A stretch of 64,000 nucleotides of DNA from an uncultured Spirochaetota bacterium. GTDB taxonomy: Bacteria > Spirochaetota > Brevinematia > Brevinematales > JAOACQ01. Under the pieces are notes generated by a model. The model saw nothing but the letters and a program-made list of their open reading frames with translations. It searched no databases and was not told the origin of the DNA. Positions 18,947 to 26,996 of this stretch are shown here, one piece after another; position 1 is the stretch's first letter, and each line of letters begins with the position of its first letter. The stretch is taken from the NCBI GenBank assembly GCA_963768055.1, contig CAVYGN010000001.1, forward strand, positions 960,001 to 1,024,000, read 5' to 3'. A program made the position numbers and the translations under genes.

Positions 18947-19021
18947 TGGGCGGTACTGGGATCGAACCAGTGACCCCCTGCGTGTCGAGCAGGTACTCTG
19001 AACCAACTGAGCTAACCGCCC
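18947..19021 (-). tRNA. tRNA-Val(GAC)
   Basis: GGGCGGTTAGCTCAGTTGGTTCAGAGTACCTGCTCGACACGCAGGGGGTCACTGGTTCGATCCCAGTACCGCCCA forms a full cloverleaf with anticodon GAC; CCA is not encoded. Confidence 0.92.
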
Positions 19022-19031
19022 TTTATCATTG

Positions 19032-19105
19032 TGGTCGATGCCGGGCTCGAACCGGCGACCTCATGCATGTGAGGCATGCGCTCTAACCAGCTGAGCTAAT
19101 CGACC
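19032..19105 (-). tRNA. tRNA-Val(CAC)
   Basis: GGTCGATTAGCTCAGCTGGTTAGAGCGCATGCCTCACATGCATGAGGTCGCCGGTTCGAGCCCGGCATCGACCA forms a cloverleaf with anticodon CAC. Confidence 0.95.
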
Positions 19106-19131
19106 GGGAATCAGGCCTCCGGCAGGGTGTA

Positions 19132-19160
19132 ATTATATTATAGAAAAATTTTTTTATCAA
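19132..19160 (-). promoter_or_regulatory. sigma70 promoter of the tRNA pair
   Basis: Minus strand TTGATA-17 bp-TATAAT, followed by a GC-rich discriminator-like stretch, about 27 bp upstream of tRNA-Val(CAC). Confidence 0.8.
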
Positions 19161-19265
19161 ATTTAAAAGTTGATTTAAGGATCAAAATTTACATGGAGAC
19201 ACTGAGCCGCGGAGATTTATCCGTGTAAAACCCCGGTAGGCCCGAAGTTAGAAAGCAGGATGGAA

Positions 19266-19835
19266 TTATTTGACTAACAGCTTATCGGCCTTCCAGAACA
19301 TCAAAAGGGATTCGAAGGATGAAATCGAGGAAGCGTTATCGTAAATTTCAACCTGGTACGAGCCGTCTTTCTGGGAAACGATATCTAAAAGGCCCTTGCA
19401 ATTTTTCCTTAGCGAAGCCAGGAACAGCCCCAATAGTCCCGCATCTTTATCTGTCTCTGCCTTTAACAAATATATCTTTTTCCCGGTGTTAACCAATTCG
19501 CTTTCGGAAGGCGGGGCGTTAAGGTCCCCGTTTTTCCGGCAGAGCCATTTAACATAGCTTAGCTGGGCGCTTGTCAGATCATGGAACCACAAACCTACAA
19601 TATTGCCGTTCGAACGGACGACTGAAGCGGGCAGGGTCTGGTCGCCCACTATGATTTTGACCTTGTCGCCGGGCACAAGAAGACTGTTGACCCTTATGCC
19701 TATCCCCTGGGGGGATATGTCGATAACCTCGCAGGAATCGACTTTCCCGTTTCTTTCATAGGAAACTTGCAGATTGACCGCGGCCCTCGGCAGGGCCCTT
19801 ATATCTCCGGTTTCGGCCATATTTAAATTATTCAT
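19266..19835 (-). CDS. PilZ domain protein
   Basis: RxxxR (RALPR) and DxSxxG (DISPQG) c-di-GMP-binding motifs. Confidence 0.85.
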   Translation of the reverse strand: MNNLNMAETGDIRALPRAAVNLQVSYERNGKVDSCEVIDISPQGIGIRVNSLLVPGDKVKIIVGDQTLPASVVRSNGNIVGLWFHDLTSAQLSYVKWLCRKNGDLNAPPSESELVNTGKKIYLLKAETDKDAGLLGLFLASLRKNCKGLLDIVSQKDGSYQVEIYDNASSISSFESLLMFWKADKLLVK

Positions 19836-20077
19836 ACTGTATACCCCAATCCCCGACTATTCTTACCCTATACCATTATAGAATATCAATAATAAAATTT
19901 CAACATCGCCCTTTCCTGATATGAATATAATATTGGACTGATAAAGAGTATATGCGTAAGATGGATATTTTATTATATTGATATTATTGTAATAAATTTA
20001 ATTTTTAAAATTAATTTATTTTTAAAGCCTGCCGTTTATATAATATGGCCGCAGTATACGGAAAATAGGGGGAGGCT

Positions 20078-21814
20078 GTGTTTTCCTATAAAAAATTATT
20101 CGAACAGTGCGATCATCCCTTTGCGATTATTAACGGGCAGGGGGGCATTATCGAACTCAATAAAAGTTTCAGGACGTTATTTCCCGGTAAGGAAAAGCCC
20201 AACCTGAAAGGTTATTTACCGCCGGATTTTCATATCGCTTTTGAAACGGCTCTTAAAAAAGCGGGGGAAAACATTCCCTCCAGGTTTGAAATAATCGATA
20301 ATTTTCATATACATACCGAACCCAGCTGCCTTGTCGAACTCTTCCCTTTTGAGGAAAACCCCGTAGTGATTTTAGCCGTTATAACCGATATAACGGAGAC
20401 AAAAAGAAGGGAGAATTCCCTTATTATGGCGTCTTCCGGCTGGCGCCTTATTATCGATTCGATAACGGACGCCATATGCCTCACCGATCCGGACGGCCAG
20501 GTTATACGCCTCAATTCGATGTTTGCAAATGTCGTAAAAGCCGGATTTCTTGACGTACTCGGCAAAAGCCTTTTCTCATACTTTCCCGGCCTGTCGGGGC
20601 CGCATGAACAGATGAAAAGCGGCGCTGTCAAGGGAAGATACCGGGGCGAATTCGAATGGTCCGGCTTCATTTTCAGGATCATAGCATACCCTTACAGGAG
20701 CGAGACCGACAGGATATCGGGGATAATTTATATATTTCAGGACATCACGGATGAAAAAAAAGCTGAAAGGGCTTTAAAAGAGGCGGAAGTCCGACTTTCG
20801 GAAATCATGGACGCAATAGCCTCCCCGATCTTTTTCAAGGACCTTGACAATGTTTACAGGGGATGCAATAAGGCTTTCAGCGATTACGTGGGTTTCCCGG
20901 TCGAAAAGATCATCGGGGGTACGATGTTCGATATTTTCCCTAAAGAAAGGGCCGAACTTTACCTGAAAAGGGACGATGAGCTTATCATCAGGGGGGGAAG
21001 GCAGAGTTTTGAAACGAAGGACCTTTTCGCGGACGGTACCGTCAGGAATGTCATAGTCAATAAATCGCTGATCTTCAGCAATAAAAGCGAGCCTGAAGGG
21101 ATTGTAGGAATAATAGTGGATATTACGGACCTCAAAAAAGCCGAGGAAAGGATCAGTGCGGACCTCAGGGAAAAGGAGGTCCTGTTAAAAGAAATTCACC
21201 ACAGGGTGAAAAACAACCTCAATATCATCGGGTCTCTTCTCGGTCTGAAAAGGGACAGTGCGGATAATCCTGAAGTTAGGGATGTTCTTACCGAAAGCAT
21301 ATCGAGGGTCTATTCCATGGCCCTGATCCATGAAAAACTGTACAGGTCCGAGAATTTATCCATGATCAAGGTCTGTGATTACCTTGACAGCATTTCAGGT
21401 TCGGTTCTTTCCAATTATAACCTGAATATTCCCATTAAAATCGAAAAAACATGCACCGATATCTGCCTTGATATCGAAAAAATGATACCTTTCGGCCTTA
21501 TAATAAACGAATTAATGACTAATTCCATCAAATATGCCTTTGGGACGAGTACCAAAGGCACAAGTGTTTTCAGCGAAACTAATGAGGGGACAATATGGAT
21601 CGTTGTAGAGACGACCGGGAAAGGGATGATCAGGCTTGTTTACCGTGACAACGGGCCGGGCATACCCGCAAGCGTTAACACCGATAATCCCGTTACGCTC
21701 GGCATGCAGTTGATAAGGGACCTTGTTAAACAACTTCATGGAAATATGATGATAATCAGGAACATGGGAACGCATTACGAGATCGAATTTCCATATGCTG
21801 ATAAAGAATGCTGA
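20078..21814 (+). CDS. Multi-PAS sensor histidine kinase (HisKA_2/HWE-like)
   Basis: Three PAS/PAC-like repeats, LLKEIHHRVKNNL, ELMTNSIKYAF, DNGPG. Confidence 0.9.
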   Translation: MFSYKKLFEQCDHPFAIINGQGGIIELNKSFRTLFPGKEKPNLKGYLPPDFHIAFETALKKAGENIPSRFEIIDNFHIHTEPSCLVELFPFEENPVVILAVITDITETKRRENSLIMASSGWRLIIDSITDAICLTDPDGQVIRLNSMFANVVKAGFLDVLGKSLFSYFPGLSGPHEQMKSGAVKGRYRGEFEWSGFIFRIIAYPYRSETDRISGIIYIFQDITDEKKAERALKEAEVRLSEIMDAIASPIFFKDLDNVYRGCNKAFSDYVGFPVEKIIGGTMFDIFPKERAELYLKRDDELIIRGGRQSFETKDLFADGTVRNVIVNKSLIFSNKSEPEGIVGIIVDITDLKKAEERISADLREKEVLLKEIHHRVKNNLNIIGSLLGLKRDSADNPEVRDVLTESISRVYSMALIHEKLYRSENLSMIKVCDYLDSISGSVLSNYNLNIPIKIEKTCTDICLDIEKMIPFGLIINELMTNSIKYAFGTSTKGTSVFSETNEGTIWIVVETTGKGMIRLVYRDNGPGIPASVNTDNPVTLGMQLIRDLVKQLHGNMMIIRNMGTHYEIEFPYADKEC

Positions 21815-21829
21815 AAAAAGGCTGAATAC

Positions 21830-23188
21830 ATGCTCAATTTTTATTTAATTATCATTGTTTTGGGTCTGGCGGCAGGCTCTTTTCTAATGATCCGATGGCT
21901 TATGGGATTTGTAAAGCCCGATATTGTCACAAATAGAATTTCCAGGCTCATTGCCCTTAAAAATTATAGCGAGGCCCTGGATACCGGCCTCAAGCTGATA
22001 AAAGAAAAAGCCTCGTCGTATTCTTTGCTCCAGAATATAGCAAAGGCTTACGAAGGGCTTTACCAGTACAGGCATGCGATAGAATTTTATGAGAAAAGCA
22101 TTGTATTACTAAAAAGGGAAAGCCAATTGTCCCTGAGGCACGATATCTACAATAAGCTTGCAGAATTATATATGATTATCCGCGAACCGGATAGCGCCCT
22201 CGGATATTACAATCTTATTCTAAGGGAAAATAGAAACAATATGAAGGCGCTTTTTTTTTCAGCCAAGCTTCTTCACTTTCAAAAACAGCTGCAGAAATCG
22301 AGGGAACGGCTTGAAATTTACATTAAGGCCAGGCCTAATGAAATCGTTCCGCTCCTGCTTCTTGCAAATGTTTATTACGAACAGGGGGAATATCCGAAAT
22401 CCCTCGGAATACTGGATGTGATCGGCAGACAAACCGATGAAATGGCATCGCTGCGCGATGAAGAAATTTTATTTCTGCAGGCTAAAAATCAAGTCGGGCT
22501 GAAAAATTTTTCGAAAGCGCTGCCGTATCTTAAAAACCTTCTTGACAGGGGCTCGATGACCGGGGAAGCTCTCCCTTTATATATAATCGCCCTTGTTCGC
22601 GATAAAAAAATCAACGCGGCCATGATTCTTTATAGCGACAACCAGTCGGTTCTGGGGTCCAGGAAAATGGATGTAATGTATGAGATAGCAGAGGCCTATT
22701 TCGACGAGGGCGATATCTATAAAGCCCTGGATACCTGGAAAAAGGTGTCCGAAGAGAACCCGAATTTTCTCGACATTAAAAATATTATGTCCAGGTATAA
22801 GGTTCTATTTGAAAATGTTGCTCTTGCGAAATATTTCACGGCCGATGAGAACGAATTCCAGGAATACGTACTTAAGAAGTTCCAGGCCCCGATGAATGCT
22901 GTTATCGAGCGGGGAAGAGACTATTGGATCATTAAAAGCGGAAAGGAGGCGGTGGTCCTTTACCGCAAAGCCGGCCAGATATCGCCCGATGCCATGAATA
23001 GAATTACAGATACCCTGAAAGGAAATTCTCTTTACGGCATATATTCCTATATTTATACATTATTCGGAGTTGAGGAAAGCTGCAAGGAGTATACCTTTTA
23101 TAAAAGTTCTAAGGAAATATCCGGAAAAGATTTTGTGGATTTTTTTATTAACGATAATATCGCCGAACCGGAAGAAAGAGGTGAATGA
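21830..23188 (+). CDS. Membrane-anchored TPR protein
   Basis: N-terminal TM helix, many TPR-like helices and an alpha/beta C-terminal domain. Confidence 0.75.
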   Translation: MLNFYLIIIVLGLAAGSFLMIRWLMGFVKPDIVTNRISRLIALKNYSEALDTGLKLIKEKASSYSLLQNIAKAYEGLYQYRHAIEFYEKSIVLLKRESQLSLRHDIYNKLAELYMIIREPDSALGYYNLILRENRNNMKALFFSAKLLHFQKQLQKSRERLEIYIKARPNEIVPLLLLANVYYEQGEYPKSLGILDVIGRQTDEMASLRDEEILFLQAKNQVGLKNFSKALPYLKNLLDRGSMTGEALPLYIIALVRDKKINAAMILYSDNQSVLGSRKMDVMYEIAEAYFDEGDIYKALDTWKKVSEENPNFLDIKNIMSRYKVLFENVALAKYFTADENEFQEYVLKKFQAPMNAVIERGRDYWIIKSGKEAVVLYRKAGQISPDAMNRITDTLKGNSLYGIYSYIYTLFGVEESCKEYTFYKSSKEISGKDFVDFFINDNIAEPEERGE

Positions 23189-23910
23189 TTATGGAAAAAG
23201 AAAAAATACTGATTGTCGAAGATGAAATTATTATAGCCAGGGATACGGAATCGAGGCTTAAGAAAATAGGTTACAATGTTACAGGCATAGCCGAGACCCA
23301 TGAGGAGACTTTGACATTGATTGAAAAAGAAACGCCGGATCTGATCTTGATGGATATTAAAATAAGGGGGCAGGTAGACGGGATCAGCTCCGCAATCGAA
23401 ATATGGGAACGATTCAAAATACCCGTAATATTCCTGACCGCGTATTCCGACGACGTTACCCTTGCCAGGGCAAGGTTATCGAATTTCTACGGCTTCCTTA
23501 TAAAACCGATAAAGGAGAACGAATTTAAAATTGCGGTGGAAAACGCGCTTTACAAGGCTCATGGCGATTCTTTAATGAAATTATCGGCGGACTATTTTTT
23601 ATCAATCCTTGAAAACCTTACCCTGGGGATCATTGCATCCGATAACGACAATTTCATAGTCTATATGAACGAAAAAGCCTGTTCCTGGCTGGAACTTACA
23701 GAAGAACCTGTCGGGCTCAATATTAACGAGGTTTTCGTTAAAACCGGCGAACCTAAGGAAGAGCCTGATGAATTTCTTAAAAAATCCGTGCAGTTGATTT
23801 TAAAGGGCGGTAAAAAAATAAACGCCTTTTACGGGATTTACAATATTAACTGGAAGAACGAACGCATGGGAACAGTCATTCAATTCATAAAGACTAAGGC
23901 CTGCGGCTAA
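23185..23910 (+). CDS. Response regulator (REC + PAS-like)
   Basis: ILIVEDE, DLILMDI, IFLTAYSD, KP; C-terminal PAS-like segment. Confidence 0.88.
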   Translation: MIMEKEKILIVEDEIIIARDTESRLKKIGYNVTGIAETHEETLTLIEKETPDLILMDIKIRGQVDGISSAIEIWERFKIPVIFLTAYSDDVTLARARLSNFYGFLIKPIKENEFKIAVENALYKAHGDSLMKLSADYFLSILENLTLGIIASDNDNFIVYMNEKACSWLELTEEPVGLNINEVFVKTGEPKEEPDEFLKKSVQLILKGGKKINAFYGIYNINWKNERMGTVIQFIKTKACG

Positions 23911-24020
23911 ACCCCGACTCTTTCTTTAAACAAAATTCCTTTTTTTATTTTTAATTATTTGTGTAAATATGCCGTATATTCTATAGTATTAGGACTTTAA
24001 GACGCCGGAGGCACTATCGA

Positions 24021-24905
24021 ATGACAGTCATGCTTAACGGTGAAACGCTCGACGTCACATTTGAGAATGAGAAAACCGTTTTTGACGTCGTGGAATCTCT
24101 CAGCAAAGAATTGAATAAAAAAGAGATAATTATTACATCGATAAACCTCGATAATAAAAATTATAATATAGATGACGATGAATTGAATAAAATATATATT
24201 GAAAAAATTAAATCAATGGACGTCGAAGCATCCACCAAAGAGGAGCTTGTAGAAACCCTCCTTGAAGAATGTAAAAAAGTTCTTGGCAATATCGCTGCAG
24301 ATATAAGGGAAAATTCCTTTACCCATGCCGGGGAATTCTCAGAACTTCTGGCATGGGTAAAAGAGACCCTTGAAACGATCAACCGCCTTGCTTTCTTCAA
24401 TCTGGCCGAGGCTAAATTGATCACATCGACTATAGACCAGATAAAGACTTTTTCCGATAACGAAGACAGGGACAAAACCAGGTACGGGTCTATAGTAAGC
24501 ATCATCGAAAGTCTTATTAAATATATAGACGCTCTAAGGTTTAAATTTTCAGCGAACTATTCGATAAGCAGGGAGGAAATTTTAGAAGCGGTAGGCGAAA
24601 GCCTTACCATACTTCCCGAGATTTCCGAAGCTTTTCAGATGGGTAAGGACCGTGAGGCCTTCGATAAGATCAATAAAATAATAAGCGTTCTTGAAATTTG
24701 TTCGGTTTATCTAAGAAAAAACTACGATAAATTTTCCGATATGGAAAAAACTGATATCGGCAATTTATATGAAGATATCAATGTCCTTCTGACTCGGATC
24801 GTTGAAGCTTTCGAGAACAGCGATGCGGTCCTTTTGGGGGACCTGTTGGAATATGAGCTTCCTGAAAAGCTTGAAAGTTATAAACGGATAATATTAAAAG
24901 GATGA
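24021..24905 (+). CDS. Hypothetical helical protein leading the cheR-cheB unit
   Basis: 294-aa ORF with RBS GGAGG, 3 bp before cheR; ends in LLGDLLEYEL. Confidence 0.7.
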   Translation: MTVMLNGETLDVTFENEKTVFDVVESLSKELNKKEIIITSINLDNKNYNIDDDELNKIYIEKIKSMDVEASTKEELVETLLEECKKVLGNIAADIRENSFTHAGEFSELLAWVKETLETINRLAFFNLAEAKLITSTIDQIKTFSDNEDRDKTRYGSIVSIIESLIKYIDALRFKFSANYSISREEILEAVGESLTILPEISEAFQMGKDREAFDKINKIISVLEICSVYLRKNYDKFSDMEKTDIGNLYEDINVLLTRIVEAFENSDAVLLGDLLEYELPEKLESYKRIILKG

Positions 24906-24908
24906 GTC

Positions 24909-25739
24909 ATGGATCTTGCAGCCTTTGAATTAAATGAAAATGATTTAAAATATATTGCCGATCTCGTTTATGAAAATTGCGGGATCGTCTTTAAAGATTC
25001 GAATTTAAGCGTGCTTATCAGCCGGATTTCCACAAAATTGAAGGAAAAAAATCTCGCTTCTTACGAATATCTGAAATTGTTAAGAACGAATAAAAATGAA
25101 CTCGCCGCATTTATAGATTTCGTTACTACAAATTTTACGAGTTTTTTCAGGAATCCGAAACAATTTGAAATATTAAAGGAAGATATTCTGCCGGAGGTCG
25201 TCAAAAGGAATTCCGCCTCAAAAATTGTCAAGATCTGGAGCGCGGGTTGTTCCACAGGCGAAGAGGCTTACTCAATTTTAATGGTCGTCGATGATTTTTT
25301 CAGGGAAAGCAATCTGGCCGCAGGGGGCTGGCGTTATCAAATCGTCGCATCGGATATAAGCCTGGAAAGCCTGTTTTTTGCAAAAGAGGGTAAATATTCG
25401 GAGAAAAATATTGAAAAAATTGAAAATCAATACATTGCCAGGTGCTTTGATAAATTGGAGAATTCTTATCTTATCAGGGATGAATTCAAGAAATTGATCA
25501 GGTTCGACTACCATAACCTTATATACGACAACGGTATCAGGGACGTCGACTTGACTTTCTGCCGCAATGTTCTTATATATTTCGATGAAGAGGTTCAGAA
25601 GAAGGTCTTGAGCAACATACAAAAATCCATGAAAGATAAGAGTTTTCTCCTTATAGGTCATTCTGAAAGCCTTATAGGCTTATTCGAGGGTTTCAAACCC
25701 TCTTTTACTGAAAAGGGTATTGTTTATGTCAGACAATAA
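24909..25739 (+). CDS. cheR: Chemotaxis methyltransferase
   Basis: TTNFTSFFR, IWSAGCSTGEEAYS, FCRNVLIYF, GHSES. Confidence 0.95.
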   Translation: MDLAAFELNENDLKYIADLVYENCGIVFKDSNLSVLISRISTKLKEKNLASYEYLKLLRTNKNELAAFIDFVTTNFTSFFRNPKQFEILKEDILPEVVKRNSASKIVKIWSAGCSTGEEAYSILMVVDDFFRESNLAAGGWRYQIVASDISLESLFFAKEGKYSEKNIEKIENQYIARCFDKLENSYLIRDEFKKLIRFDYHNLIYDNGIRDVDLTFCRNVLIYFDEEVQKKVLSNIQKSMKDKSFLLIGHSESLIGLFEGFKPSFTEKGIVYVRQ

Positions 25740-26853
25740 TAAGATAAAGGTTCTTGTCGTAGACGATTCAGTGCTTATCAGGAAATATGTGTGCATTATC
25801 CTGGAGGAACTCACAAATATAGAGGTAGTCGGGGTTGCCCATAATGGAAAAATAGCCCTTCAGAAAATCATCCTTTATAAACCCGACGTTGTGATACTCG
25901 ATATCGAAATGCCTGAAATGACCGGCCTTGAACTTCTCAAATACCTTAAGAACAGCGGCGATAAGATATACTGTCCTTTTATTATCATGTTCAGTTCCCT
26001 CCTTAAAGAAGGTTCGGCCGCTACGATCGAGGCGTTAAATTACGGAGCCGCCGATATAATAAAAAAACCCGAGGGCCAGATTTCTGAAAATATCGAGTTT
26101 CTGAAAAAGGAATTCGAACTGAAGATCAACGGCCTTTACCAGGGAAAAATAGAAAAGCGAACGGCTTTTGCTGTTCTTCCGGAGGCTTTACCCGAAGAAA
26201 AGAAAGCTTCCATCTATCCGGCGGCGCTTTCAGGCCTCGGGAACCTTGATACAGTGCTTCAAAATAAACCTATAAATCCCGAACTGGTAGCCATAGGATC
26301 CTCGACAGGCGGCCCCGCGGCTATAAGGATAATTTTAGAAAGCCTCGGCAAGCTTAAGATACCTCTTGTTATAGCCCAGCATATGCCGCAGGGATTTACT
26401 ATGGAATTCGCGAGGAATTTGAGCGCTATTTTCTGCCGTGAAATACTTGAACTGACGCCGAATTCAGCTCTTGAAAAGGGCGTGATTTATATCTGCCCGG
26501 GAGGAGTGCATTCAAAGATCAAGAAAATCGGGGATAATCTTATCTACGATGCAGACTACGGCAATTACGAGGGATTTTTCTTTAAACCGTCGCTTGATAT
26601 TTTTTTCTCTTCGATTAATCAATCCGTCGGAAAAAATACTTTAGGGATAGTTTTAAGCGGAATGGGGAAAGACGGATCTTCAGAATCGGTAAATTTAAGA
26701 AAATCCGGGGCCATAATGATCGCCCAGGATAAGGAAAGTTCGGTAATCTGGGGTATGCCTGGAAACTCTGTAAAAAACGGCGGAATTGATATTATTCTGG
26801 ACGTAAAAGAAATTGGAGAAGCAATCAATATTATTGCATCCAAAAACCGATAA
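25720..26853 (+). CDS. cheB: Chemotaxis methylesterase (REC + CheB)
   Basis: REC domain plus catalytic triad motifs GSSTGG, QHM and SGMGKDG; start probably at the ATG at 25726. Confidence 0.95.
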   Translation: MFMSDNNKIKVLVVDDSVLIRKYVCIILEELTNIEVVGVAHNGKIALQKIILYKPDVVILDIEMPEMTGLELLKYLKNSGDKIYCPFIIMFSSLLKEGSAATIEALNYGAADIIKKPEGQISENIEFLKKEFELKINGLYQGKIEKRTAFAVLPEALPEEKKASIYPAALSGLGNLDTVLQNKPINPELVAIGSSTGGPAAIRIILESLGKLKIPLVIAQHMPQGFTMEFARNLSAIFCREILELTPNSALEKGVIYICPGGVHSKIKKIGDNLIYDADYGNYEGFFFKPSLDIFFSSINQSVGKNTLGIVLSGMGKDGSSESVNLRKSGAIMIAQDKESSVIWGMPGNSVKNGGIDIILDVKEIGEAINIIASKNR

Positions 26854-26890
26854 AAATGAATCGGTACCGCTGCCAACAATAAAACAATTG

Positions 26891-26919
26891 TTGATATAAT
26901 TGCAAATTTAAAATATACT
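26891..26919 (+). promoter_or_regulatory. sigma70 promoter of cheAWXY
   Basis: TTGATA-17 bp-TATACT upstream of cheA. Confidence 0.65.
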
Positions 26920-26996
26920 TTTTAGGGAGTATCTATCGGCTTTCGGATAGGAAGCTTTGAGCCCTTTATGCTTACGCGATTAGAAAATAGGGAGGC

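Noticed and set aside
12668..19021. CRISPR array or classical integron
   Set aside because: Repeat units are of unequal length, kilobases apart and tRNA-derived; no cas or intI gene and no attC consensus was seen.
14666..19086. Similar short ORFs at 14666-14851, 15715-16095, 15801-16217, 18528-18842 and 18865-19086 (…ANLCQSAESVVSTPVFPG…), which look like a repeated peptide family
   Set aside because: They are antisense translations of the tRNA and its DNA repeats; the reading frames are not conserved at their ends.
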